Shown here: piece after piece, positions 48,985 through 57,451 of the stretch | Numbering within the stretch: position 1 is the first letter of the stretch | Layout of the letters: every line of letters starts with the position of its first letter | DNA from: a virus | IMG/VR virus record: IMGVR_UViG_3300031576_000018 | Location: 1-64,000 of that record | DNA: 64,000 nt | Strand: one strand, 5' to 3' | Made by a program: the position numbers and the translations under genes | The notes under the pieces: model-generated | Database searches by the model: none | What the model was told of the DNA's origin: nothing | What the model saw: only the letters and a program-made list of their open reading frames with translations

Positions 48985-49024
48985 TTTATTTTGTTTACAA
49001 TTTAGTCTTTTTATGGTATAATAT
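48985..49024 (+). promoter_or_regulatory. Early promoter copy 1
   Basis: TTTACA (48994)-17 nt-TATAAT (49017), extended -10, AT-rich upstream. Confidence 0.85.
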
Positions 49025-49055
49025 TAGCTGTTACCAACAAAGTATTAACCATTTT

Positions 49056-49085
49056 AAATAGTGTGGGAAATTTCCCACACTATTT
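49056..49085. repeat. Perfect 30-bp palindrome in leader
   Basis: AAATAGTGTGGGAAA|TTTCCCACACTATTT. Confidence 0.85.
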
Positions 49086-49103
49086 TAGTTAGAGGAGAAA
49101 GTT

Positions 49104-49316
49104 ATGCACGCACATTTATTTCTTACAAAGGTCTTTTTATGTGTTCAGGATTTTTATACAGTTAACTCAATTCTGCCTACTTTTGGGTTGTCTGCCCATT
49201 ATGAAGCTACTCGAACACTAACCCCAGACGGGGATATGTACGTAATTAAACTAAGTAATAAAAGCCACTGGTTTACTCCAGAGGAGTTTAAGGTCTACTT
49301 TCAGGAGGTCAAATGA
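49104..49316 (+). CDS. Early hypothetical protein
   Basis: GAGGAG RBS. Confidence 0.6.
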   Translation: MHAHLFLTKVFLCVQDFYTVNSILPTFGLSAHYEATRTLTPDGDMYVIKLSNKSHWFTPEEFKVYFQEVK

Positions 49317-49594
49317 AAACAATTTCTTCAGAAGAGTGGGAAGAATCTTATGGGATTCATCTAGACGAGTGGGGTAATCCAAAACCTTACGAAACGTACG
49401 GGGATGACCTGCAGGTTGTATTGGAGAATAGGAACAAAGTTTGGACAATGCTAGAAACTGATAATGAAGAATCAGACGAGAATGGTTATGTAGACAATAC
49501 TTTAGTTGTTAGTGGCTATCATTGGGTAAATCGTATTCATCATTTCATAGGTACAAAAGATGTTCCAGCAGAAGATATACAAGTAGATTGGTAG
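49313..49594 (+). CDS. Acidic phage hypothetical protein
   Basis: YETYG, VWT, GYHWVNR; AGGAGG RBS. Confidence 0.65.
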   Translation: MKTISSEEWEESYGIHLDEWGNPKPYETYGDDLQVVLENRNKVWTMLETDNEESDENGYVDNTLVVSGYHWVNRIHHFIGTKDVPAEDIQVDW

Positions 49595-49603
49595 AAAAAG
49601 ATT

Positions 49604-49837
49604 ATGGAAGAAGAATTTCAAAGTTTAACAATAAGACAATTTGCAGAGCAAGAAGACGTTGATTTAGATGAAACAATCTATAGGCTATGTACGCACGACT
49701 TTTTACTGGCTTTGGATCAAATGGAATTTTCAGAAAAGTTAAATAAAAAGGTATTGGGTAAGTTTAGTCCCAATTTAATCTCAGGTAAATTGCAATTCAA
49801 GACTTCATTAGATACCGAATGGTTTAAAGCTGTTTAA
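49604..49837 (+). CDS. Early hypothetical protein
   Basis: ORF in operon. Confidence 0.55.
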   Translation: MEEEFQSLTIRQFAEQEDVDLDETIYRLCTHDFLLALDQMEFSEKLNKKVLGKFSPNLISGKLQFKTSLDTEWFKAV

Positions 49838-49880
49838 GTTGAAGAAATAACCTAAGTGGTTAACTCAGCTAATCTATTCA

Positions 49881-49920
49881 TTTATTTTGTTTACAATTAT
49901 AGGTTTATATGGTATAATAT
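49881..49920 (+). promoter_or_regulatory. Early promoter copy 2
   Basis: TTTACA (49890)-17 nt-TATAAT (49913). Confidence 0.85.
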
Positions 49921-50036
49921 AGACTATCTTTAGGATATTTTCCTTTAGATTTTTAGGCAATTTTTATTTTACGTTAGTTAGGTGTAGGGAGTTTTCCCAC
50001 ACCTAATTTTTTTACTTTAATGGGAGAAAAGATAAT

Positions 50037-50267
50037 ATGAAAAATAACTTAAAAGCTATTTTTGCTCTAGGGCAAATGTTACAACACATTTCAAGCAGCG
50101 ATACGCATAGGGCTGTGACAGAAAACAAACCAGCTTCACACACTTTTTATCCAGACGGAGTTCCTTTTATGTCCGAATTGTTACCACAAAAAAGAAAGCG
50201 TAAAAAGAAAGATAAACTAAGTAGGTCTGAGAGAAAGAAAAAAAAGACAAGTGGTCAGCTCAAATGA
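50037..50267 (+). CDS. Small basic hypothetical protein
   Basis: GGGAG RBS; Lys/Arg-rich tail. Confidence 0.55.
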   Translation: MKNNLKAIFALGQMLQHISSSDTHRAVTENKPASHTFYPDGVPFMSELLPQKRKRKKKDKLSRSERKKKKTSGQLK

Positions 50268-50494
50268 ATGAATTTGACGCAGCGTTAGATAACTTGGCAA
50301 AGACTGGAGATGTAACATATCTTCAGGAGTGTAGAGAATGGCTTGCTAAAAAACAAAATAGCCTGGGGTGTAACCACGATGACTTAGAAGAGTTGGATAA
50401 ACTTGTTAAGATGATTCGTTTTCTAGACGGAACAATTAAAGTATTTACGAACTTTTCTAATATGGGAAGAGCTGAATGTGGAAATCCAAGATAA
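50264..50494 (+). CDS. Hypothetical protein
   Basis: ATGA overlap. Confidence 0.55.
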   Translation: MNEFDAALDNLAKTGDVTYLQECREWLAKKQNSLGCNHDDLEELDKLVKMIRFLDGTIKVFTNFSNMGRAECGNPR

Positions 50495-50768
50495 CGACTT
50501 ATATATCGCTATGACGAGAACGGAGATAAGTTCACATCTTGTCAAACTATCAGATGAGCTTAGTAAGCTAATATCGGAATTTGTTCTCCTTAAGGATGAC
50601 CTAGAGGACGTTCTCCAACTAAACAAGACAAATCCGTTTAGTTTAATCGGTCAGAAAGTAGGTCATAATCTACAGCAAATAGACAATATGTTTAATACAG
50701 TTAAACGAGATATCAACCATCTTGGGGATAGACACCGGAGATGGTGGGAGGAAATAGAAAGTGTTTAA
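50478..50768 (+). CDS. Coiled-coil hypothetical protein
   Basis: Overlapping ORF before helicase. Confidence 0.55.
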   Translation: MEIQDNDLYIAMTRTEISSHLVKLSDELSKLISEFVLLKDDLEDVLQLNKTNPFSLIGQKVGHNLQQIDNMFNTVKRDINHLGDRHRRWWEEIESV

Positions 50769-52650
50769 TGAACAACAGTTAGCAGCGATACAACACCGAG
50801 AAGGGCCTGCCATTGTTTTAGCTGCAGCAGGGTCTGGTAAGAGTACATTGATTGTAGGAAGAATAAAAGAGCTTATAGAGAGTGGAGTAAAGCCTGGGCG
50901 TATTCTCACCATTACCTTCTCCAAAGCCAGTGTAGAAGACCTCAAGAAGAAGTGTGACAAGCTGAACTTAACGGGTGTGGAAATAAGAAGTTTCCACTCT
51001 CTGGGCTTTTGGATTGTTCGTACAGAGGTCGAACACTTAAGACTACTTCCACTATCTTTGCATTACAAGAAGGGAGTAAAAGTATTTACTGAAAATTCCC
51101 AAGGTTTCTTTATGCGAAAGTTTATCAAAGATAACGACTACAAGGTAGACTTTGGTTCTGCCTTGGGTGTGATTGGAATGTTTAAACGGAATCTGATAAC
51201 TGTAGAAGAAGTAGGAAGATACTTGGCGGAGCACTATTGGGAAAATGCCCCGATGTGGCTACACATTTACGAAGCCTACGAAGCATTTAAGCGTGAACAA
51301 AATTCCATTGATTTTGATGACATGATTTTCATAGCCGTTAAACTATTGGGGATTGAGGGGATTCGTAAAAAGTGGCAAACCTTCTTTGACTATATGATGG
51401 TGGATGAAGCACAAGATAACTCGTTAATGCAGTTTCAACTCCCACAGGCTTTAGCAGGAGAAGAGAATAACATTATGATTGTAGGAGATGACTTCCAGGC
51501 TATCTATTCTTTTAACGGGAGTCGAGTAGAACAGTTTTTAAATTTTCCTAATCTTTCTCCTAAGACACAGGTTTACTTGTTGGAGAAGAACTACCGTTCT
51601 GGAGAACCTATTTTGGAGTTGGGCAACAAGTTAGTCCGATACATGGATAACCCCTTTCAAAAGCAAGTGCAAGCTACCAGAAATGGACAGGGTGCGTCCA
51701 TAAACTATCAGCAGTACATTGACTCAGAGGAAGAGGGTTTGGGGATTGTAGAACAAATTATGATGAGTAGCGAGGATACTCCGTATGAAGACATGTTGTG
51801 TCTTTACAGAACCCATGCCCAATCCAGGGCAATAGAAGATGCCCTTATCCGTTCTAGAATACCTTATGTGATCGTTGGGGGAATATCCTTTTATCAGAGA
51901 AAAGAGGTAAAAGACGTTCTTTCTATGTTGATGATAGCCTACGACTCTAGAAAGTACGAAGATCATATAGCCAGAGTAGTTAATATTTCTTCAAATGATT
52001 TCCCTTATCCTACAAGAAGACTGGGAAAAGAATTTATAGCTGAAATGAAGGCTTACGCTAAAAAAGAAGGTGTGTCTTACGCAGAGGCGTTAAGTGGAAT
52101 GAGACTAACTGATTTCCAACGTAAAGGGGTCAGAGATTTCTCCGCTTTCTTAGGTATGCTTCGCAAAGAAGAAACATTAGCCAAACAGATAGAAGTATTC
52201 TTAGATAAGGGATACCTGCGTTATGTTCGTAACGAGTTGGGTCTACAGGATGACGAAAGCTGTGACCGAATAGAGATGATTAACGAGCTAAAATACTTTG
52301 TCTCTCTCTACCCAGACCCAGAAGAATTGTTCAGCTATGTTGAGCAAATATGGGATGGTTCTCAATCTAAGGATGAGGGAGTACGACTGATGACTTTGCA
52401 TAAGTCCAAAGGATTAGAAGCCCATACCGTGTTTTTACCTGGGTTAAATCAGGGAATCTTACCTCACAAGAACGCAGGAAGACTGCAAAAAGGGGAACCT
52501 TCTGGTTCTCTTGAAGAAGAGAGAAGATTGTGTTACGTTGGAGTAACCAGAGCAACGCATAAACTTTATATCAGCCGGTTTCGTTGTAAAGAGGAGAAAG
52601 TATTCGCGCCTTCCTACTTTCTTAAAGAAATGGGCTTAATAGAATATTAA
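50761..52650 (+). CDS. uvrD: UvrD/Rep/PcrA SF1 DNA helicase
   Basis: AAAGSGKS, ITFS, VDEAQD, VGDDFQAIYSF, NYRS, MTLHKSKGLE, EERRLCYVGVTRA. Confidence 0.95.
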   Translation: MFNEQQLAAIQHREGPAIVLAAAGSGKSTLIVGRIKELIESGVKPGRILTITFSKASVEDLKKKCDKLNLTGVEIRSFHSLGFWIVRTEVEHLRLLPLSLHYKKGVKVFTENSQGFFMRKFIKDNDYKVDFGSALGVIGMFKRNLITVEEVGRYLAEHYWENAPMWLHIYEAYEAFKREQNSIDFDDMIFIAVKLLGIEGIRKKWQTFFDYMMVDEAQDNSLMQFQLPQALAGEENNIMIVGDDFQAIYSFNGSRVEQFLNFPNLSPKTQVYLLEKNYRSGEPILELGNKLVRYMDNPFQKQVQATRNGQGASINYQQYIDSEEEGLGIVEQIMMSSEDTPYEDMLCLYRTHAQSRAIEDALIRSRIPYVIVGGISFYQRKEVKDVLSMLMIAYDSRKYEDHIARVVNISSNDFPYPTRRLGKEFIAEMKAYAKKEGVSYAEALSGMRLTDFQRKGVRDFSAFLGMLRKEETLAKQIEVFLDKGYLRYVRNELGLQDDESCDRIEMINELKYFVSLYPDPEELFSYVEQIWDGSQSKDEGVRLMTLHKSKGLEAHTVFLPGLNQGILPHKNAGRLQKGEPSGSLEEERRLCYVGVTRATHKLYISRFRCKEEKVFAPSYFLKEMGLIEY

Positions 52651-52694
52651 CTCACTCCATGAGCAGACTTTGCTTTCTCCCATTAAACAAGCAC

Positions 52695-52725
52695 AGATGG
52701 GGGTTACTCCCCCTCTATTTTTTTT
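52695..52725 (+). terminator. Intrinsic terminator
   Basis: GGGGG-TTACT-CCCCC stem followed by T run. Confidence 0.6.
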
Positions 52726-52732
52726 ATAAACT

Positions 52733-53992
52733 ATGAGAAGACAACTAAAACTATATAGCTTTCATCCCCACATAATTTATGAACCTGTAGAAACCTTAAT
52801 CGAGATTCTATCGGTTAATGGGTATGGGGTTAGAAAGAATACCCAGAGTGTAAAGGTCAGAGACTTTGTAATTTCTTGGAAACCTGCTTTAAGCGTAGAG
52901 ATGATTCAAACACAATTCCCCTACACCATCTACTACCCCTCTGGAGCTGTAGGAGAGGCCACAGAAACAGATATTTGCCAGTTGGTAGAGGAAATACAAG
53001 GAGTAGACTATAGTGTTAAACGTAAAGTCTCAGAAGGCATTATCCAACATAACCAGGTAGAAGAGTTATTAAATGATACCAAAATGGTACTACTCCCAAA
53101 ATGTGAAAACCTAAGAGTCTATATTAGCCGTAGAAAGAAAGTAAAATTTTATCAGGCCGGTAAACATGAAGTGCAATACTGTGACACAGCTATTACAATG
53201 GAGCCTGTTTCTGGGAGTGTAGACATTATCGATTGCTTTCCAGAGTTGAAAGAGGCACTAAGTAAACTGGACAACGATTTAAACTTTATTGTAGAAGGCT
53301 GGTTGTATCATCCTAATTACAATCCAAAGGCATTCCTAAAAACAATCGTTCAGAGAGAGGAAGGAGTCTTTTCTCGTAGAGGTCAGGATTCACCTAAGCT
53401 AGTTTTAAGTGACATTCACCTCTACGGAGTAGAAGATTACTCTCAATTGAAGTTTAAAGCTAGGAGAGCTATCCTAGAGCATTTCTACAGCCTTCTCGAT
53501 ACAAAGTCAGTCTGGTTGGGAAAAGTTTTATATGAAAAGGATAAGAAGGATTACTTCAGTAGACACCTAGGTAAGGCATTTAAGTTTGTGTTTGTCGACA
53601 CCAGAAGGACGCTAGCAGACCAACATATCTTACCTATCTTTAAATCCTATTGCCACTTCCATGCTGTAGTCTGTGAGGTCAAGTTTGGAGATAAGCCGTT
53701 GGCCCAGTCCATTACTTTTGGATTTTACGTGGAGAATATGGACACAGTTATCGCGTATATGGAGTTGAAGCTGGATAATTTTTCTGGTATTGATAAACAC
53801 AAACTCTTAATTAAAACAAATGCCTCCTTCTGGAAGAACAGAGTTGTAAAATTAAGAGGCTATGTCACACCACAGTTTGAATTTATAAATATTAAAGTAC
53901 TGAAGTATTGGGGGATTGAGTATATCAATGACTACAGAGTCTGTACAATCGAAAGATTTAAGAGAGAATCCGTGGAAGAACGAAGAGGTTAA
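52733..53992 (+). CDS. ATP-dependent DNA ligase-like protein, degenerate
   Basis: PKCENLR (KxDGxR-like), FIVEGW, SDIHLYG, RRAIL in ligase order; OB-like C-terminus. Confidence 0.55.
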   Translation: MRRQLKLYSFHPHIIYEPVETLIEILSVNGYGVRKNTQSVKVRDFVISWKPALSVEMIQTQFPYTIYYPSGAVGEATETDICQLVEEIQGVDYSVKRKVSEGIIQHNQVEELLNDTKMVLLPKCENLRVYISRRKKVKFYQAGKHEVQYCDTAITMEPVSGSVDIIDCFPELKEALSKLDNDLNFIVEGWLYHPNYNPKAFLKTIVQREEGVFSRRGQDSPKLVLSDIHLYGVEDYSQLKFKARRAILEHFYSLLDTKSVWLGKVLYEKDKKDYFSRHLGKAFKFVFVDTRRTLADQHILPIFKSYCHFHAVVCEVKFGDKPLAQSITFGFYVENMDTVIAYMELKLDNFSGIDKHKLLIKTNASFWKNRVVKLRGYVTPQFEFINIKVLKYWGIEYINDYRVCTIERFKRESVEERRG

Positions 53993-54317
53993 GACAGAAC
54001 TCCAGTTTAAAATGTGGCTACAGAACTTTGAGCTTCAGGCTATCGCAGACGAACTAATTGAGGGGGTGTACAGGGGAAAATGGTGTACCTATATTGCAAC
54101 AGACTCTAAAATTTACAGATTTAGACCTGTAAGAGGATTTGAAGGGCCAAAGGTTCGTTGGCGTATCGAAGTCTTTGTAAAACAACTAACTTTTGAAGTT
54201 AACGAAGAGCTTTCACAAGTACGAACAGTTGAGAAGGATAAACTCATTGCCAATTTTCAAGTCTACGGAAAACACCAAGGATTAAAAACAGCTATAGAGG
54301 AGATATTCAAATGTTAA
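53916..54317 (+). CDS. Hypothetical protein
   Basis: ORF in replication operon; start uncertain. Confidence 0.5.
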   Translation: MSISMTTESVQSKDLRENPWKNEEVKTELQFKMWLQNFELQAIADELIEGVYRGKWCTYIATDSKIYRFRPVRGFEGPKVRWRIEVFVKQLTFEVNEELSQVRTVEKDKLIANFQVYGKHQGLKTAIEEIFKC

Positions 54318-54538
54318 CTTTAGTTGATACAAAAGGGAACATGGTTAATTTAGACATTAATATGGTAGAAAGCTTTTTAATTGATAAAGAGAAAACTAAG
54401 TTTTCATTACGGGTGTGGCGAATGGACGAACCCACGCTTATGAGGTTGCCAACAGACTTTATCATAACAAAGACAGAAGCTAAGATATTCTGTGAAATGT
54501 GGGTTCAGTCTCACTTAGTTAGAATAGGGGCTAAATAA
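54311..54538 (+). CDS. Hypothetical protein
   Basis: GAGGAG RBS. Confidence 0.55.
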   Translation: MLTLVDTKGNMVNLDINMVESFLIDKEKTKFSLRVWRMDEPTLMRLPTDFIITKTEAKIFCEMWVQSHLVRIGAK

Positions 54539-54724
54539 ATGAGGGAGTATCAATTAAACGCGGTTGTTGAAAACTTTGACCAAATTACCGAGTACATTAT
54601 CCAAGAACTTGTTCCTGTTGTAGTTCTAGAAGAGCAGGTTAAAAGAATGATCATCTTACCTTGGGAAGATTACTTTACGATAAAATGTAGGCTACTAAAG
54701 GTTGAGTTGAAGGAAAATACTTAA
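54539..54724 (+). CDS. Phd/YefM antitoxin-like protein
   Basis: ENFDQITEYI...PVVV...IILPWEDY fits Phd/YefM N-terminal pattern. Confidence 0.45.
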   Translation: MREYQLNAVVENFDQITEYIIQELVPVVVLEEQVKRMIILPWEDYFTIKCRLLKVELKENT

Positions 54725-55096
54725 GTGGATAAAATGGAACTGCTTAAGCAAGCACAACAGAAAGTAGAGAGAAAGAAGAAAACCCTTTCTAAAAAATCAG
54801 CCAAGAAGCAAATATTGAGTTATTTCAGAATGAGGTATAAAGAACAATACCAAGAAACCTATGTTCCCAGTGCAAATGTACAGTTTACTCTGGAGCACAT
54901 CTTAGGTTTATTTGATGAAGACTTAACGCTCTTAAAACAATCCATTGACTGGTTAATGAAACACTATGAGGAAATGCCAAATATTAATCTAGATGTATTC
55001 CCTAGACCGTCTATTGTTGTTTTACATAGGTGGGGAAGCTATATCTCACAACAGCTAAATAAGCCAGAAATTGATCCAAGATTTGGAATACTATAG
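54725..55096 (+). CDS. Helical protein resembling initiator C-terminal domain
   Basis: YF...YKE.Y...Y pattern; ends DPRFGIL. Confidence 0.5.
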   Translation: MDKMELLKQAQQKVERKKKTLSKKSAKKQILSYFRMRYKEQYQETYVPSANVQFTLEHILGLFDEDLTLLKQSIDWLMKHYEEMPNINLDVFPRPSIVVLHRWGSYISQQLNKPEIDPRFGIL

Positions 55097-55105
55097 GAGG
55101 TTGGT

Positions 55106-55483
55106 ATGAAGAAACAGAAAGTGATAAGAATAGAAAAACCAGAAAATTTAATGTCCGGTTTAATATCTGCGTCACAACGCATTAAACGAGTAAGACATTA
55201 CTTTTATGCGTGTAAAGTCTGAGAACGTTTTGCCTTTCTCTCTGCCCAAGAAGATATTGAAAAAGAGGTTGTGGGTGAGTTGGTTTCTTTGGGGTTTAAA
55301 GAGATAGATACGTGCGGATTAGTAGAAGACAAGTATTACCTTATTGTAGACTTTGAGAAAATGAAATTTATGTTTGTTGAAGAAATTTATGAACTAGATG
55401 ATTTTTCCACGCCTGGTTTTTATCTAGAACAGTTGATATTTAACGAGCACACAACAAATTGGGCAAATAACTCAGAAGATTAA
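55106..55483 (+). pseudogene. ORF interrupted by one in-frame TGA (55220)
   Basis: AGGAGG RBS before ATG 55106, same frame as 55271..55483. Confidence 0.4.
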
Positions 55484-55500
55484 GACAGGTAATTAACTCG

Positions 55501-55540
55501 TTTATTTTGTTTACAATTATACCTTTTTATGGTATAATAT
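55501..55540 (+). promoter_or_regulatory. Early promoter copy 3
   Basis: TTTACA (55510)-17 nt-TATAAT (55533). Confidence 0.85.
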
Positions 55541-55592
55541 TTAGACTTTCAGGCAGTTTTAACTAAATTTATTTTAATTGGGAGAATAAAAA

Positions 55593-55835
55593 ATGATGAC
55601 AACAATTCCGTTTACAGTTTCTATACTGGCAAAACCATTAAAGGAGATAATCACACAACTTAACTTTGTGAAAGCGCACAAAGCAGTTATCCCAGAGCTA
55701 GAGAATGTTGTTTTGGAGAAAGACGATAAAGGTTGTCTACAACTTTGTGGAACAGACTTAGAAGTTTACATGACAGTTTCTACTAAAATTCGTGTAGCCG
55801 GTGACTTTAAACCAGGAGATAAAAAATATTTGTAA
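55593..55835 (+). CDS. Beta-clamp (DnaN) N-terminal fragment-like protein
   Basis: FTV...LKEII...IPELENVVL...LQLCGTDLEV matches DnaN domain I pattern. Confidence 0.55.
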   Translation: MMTTIPFTVSILAKPLKEIITQLNFVKAHKAVIPELENVVLEKDDKGCLQLCGTDLEVYMTVSTKIRVAGDFKPGDKKYL

Positions 55836-56113
55836 TGAAAGTACAAGACTTAATTAGGATGCTCCACGAAGAATACTTACTTTTAAAGAAGCGGAAGTAT
55901 AAGATTGAAAACACACCTCAAGTCTCTGTATACGAAGTTTGCGGCCAAGACGAAAAGAATATTCTGATCAGCCTAATTAACTTGTCTTCGGATGACTTAG
56001 ACCGAATTTTCCATATTGACCTACCTTGTGTTGAAGATTTTGTATGGGAATTTCAAGAAAGAGATAAACTAACTATTCATCAATTACCGCACAAACAACG
56101 TAAACTAGAGTAA
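55835..56113 (+). CDS. Hypothetical protein
   Basis: TAATG coupling to previous ORF. Confidence 0.5.
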   Translation: MKVQDLIRMLHEEYLLLKKRKYKIENTPQVSVYEVCGQDEKNILISLINLSSDDLDRIFHIDLPCVEDFVWEFQERDKLTIHQLPHKQRKLE

Positions 56114-56138
56114 TTAAATTTTAAAAGAGGACTTACTT

Positions 56139-56429
56139 ATGTTTACACAACTTGCGCTGATTACACTTACAACCGTTTCTTTTTACGCAGATAAATTTGA
56201 AGGAAAGCGAACAGCTTCTGGAGAAATCTTTCACCAGGAGTCTTATTATGCTGCCCATAGAACACTTCCCTTTGGAACCTGGGTACAGTTGAATCATAAA
56301 GGGAGGATTGTATTTGTTCAGGTAGTAGACCGTTGTAATTGTAAAGGGATTGATATTTCTAAACGTGCTTTTCGAGCCTTGGGCTTACTAGAACAAGGTG
56401 TTTTGAAAGATGTTCAATTAACTTATTAA
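56139..56429 (+). CDS. rlpA: RlpA-like double-psi beta-barrel (lytic transglycosylase-like) protein
   Basis: SFYADKFEGKRTASGE, AAHRTLPFGT, VVDR, IDISKRAF. Confidence 0.85.
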   Translation: MFTQLALITLTTVSFYADKFEGKRTASGEIFHQESYYAAHRTLPFGTWVQLNHKGRIVFVQVVDRCNCKGIDISKRAFRALGLLEQGVLKDVQLTY

Positions 56430-56442
56430 AAGGAAAAAGATT

Positions 56443-56796
56443 ATGCAAATAGATTTAAAAGAAAATAGCGTCATTATTGACGGAATTGAGTATGAAAAGA
56501 AACAGCCGCCTCTATCTGATTTTTGTATTATACGCACCTATTCAGCGGGTGTGTTCGCAGGGTATGTAAAAGAAAAACGAGGACACGAACTAGATTTAAC
56601 AGACGTAATTCGACTTCACTACTGGGGAGGGGCTTGCAGCCTAAGTCAGTTGTCTCAAGAAGGAGTAAAGGAGCCGAACGTGTGCAGATTCTCGGTGGTT
56701 GTTCCTTTTCAAACAGTTAACGGCTGGATTGAAATTATACCTTGCACCGCTGCCGCAGAAAAAAATATTAAGGGAGTAAAGACGTGGAAAAGTTGA
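56443..56796 (+). CDS. Conserved phage hypothetical protein (DUF6948-like)
   Basis: IIRTYSAGVFAG...RLHYWGGACSLSQL; such genes are commonly followed by Gly-rich repeat ORFs. Confidence 0.6.
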   Translation: MQIDLKENSVIIDGIEYEKKQPPLSDFCIIRTYSAGVFAGYVKEKRGHELDLTDVIRLHYWGGACSLSQLSQEGVKEPNVCRFSVVVPFQTVNGWIEIIPCTAAAEKNIKGVKTWKS

Positions 56797-57038
56797 CGAA
56801 TCCTTTTTTCAATCATACTTACACAGGCGATGGCTGTGGCAGTGGCAGTGGCGATGGCAGTGGCGATGGCAGTGGCTATTATGGCAGTGGCGATGGCTGT
56901 GGCTGTGGCAGTGGCTGTGGCAGTGGCTGTGGCAGTGGCGATGGCAGTGGCGATGGCAGTGGCTATGGCAGTGGCTATGGCGATGGCTATGGCAGTGGCG
57001 ATGGCGATGGCTATGGCAGTGGCTGTGGCTATGGTTAA
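56784..57038 (+). CDS. Gly-rich low-complexity protein (G-[DSYC] dipeptide repeats)
   Basis: GGGAG RBS before GTG; GDGSGDGSGYG repeats. Confidence 0.6.
   Translation: MEKLTNPFFNHTYTGDGCGSGSGDGSGDGSGYYGSGDGCGCGSGCGSGCGSGDGSGDGSGYGSGYGDGYGSGDGDGYGSGCGYG
56826..57035. repeat. Degenerate 6-bp tandem repeat GGC+(AGT/GAT/TAT/TGT)
   Basis: About 35 units visible. Confidence 0.9.
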
Positions 57039-57107
57039 AAAAAGGAATTTGTCACCCCCCCCCCTGTTAGCCAAGGAACAAAGCATATTTAGGTAAAGGA
57101 GAAATTA

Positions 57108-57440
57108 ATGGGAGTTGTACAAGCAAGTAAAGTAGATGTGACTAAAGAATTAATAGGGAAGATGGAGAAGCACGTTAAACGTGTTTTGGAAAACTTCGCC
57201 TCTGACTTCTATGACCACGATGTGAAAGAAATAGAGGAGTATGCTAAGGAGGCCGAACCGCCTAAACTTTTGTGGAGTATTAGGGAATCTGGAACCTGGT
57301 TAATTCCGCTTATACCAGAGCAGGAAGAGAGGATAGAACAGATTAAAGAGCAATATAAAGACCACAGGGTAATTGAGTATTTCATAGTCGATGTGAAAAA
57401 AGGAACACTTAAAAAGATTTATTTTTACAATTCACAATAG
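57108..57440 (+). CDS. Hypothetical protein
   Basis: AAGGAG RBS. Confidence 0.6.
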   Translation: MGVVQASKVDVTKELIGKMEKHVKRVLENFASDFYDHDVKEIEEYAKEAEPPKLLWSIRESGTWLIPLIPEQEERIEQIKEQYKDHRVIEYFIVDVKKGTLKKIYFYNSQ

Positions 57441-57451
57441 GGAGGTTTACC

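Noticed and set aside
17252-55222. Genome-wide stop-codon reassignment suggested by in-frame TGA/TAG
   Set aside because: TAG and TGA end many well-defined genes (terL TAG, TAGTG and ATGA overlaps) and long genes are uninterrupted under the standard code
48985-55540. CRISPR-like repeats
   Set aside because: The three copies are kilobases apart and match promoter consensus; no repeat-spacer periodicity
56709-57096. AVAMAV and TAIATA ORFs (56830..57096 +, 56709..57086 -)
   Set aside because: Alternative frames of the hexamer repeat; the Gly-rich frame has the RBS and overlap coupling
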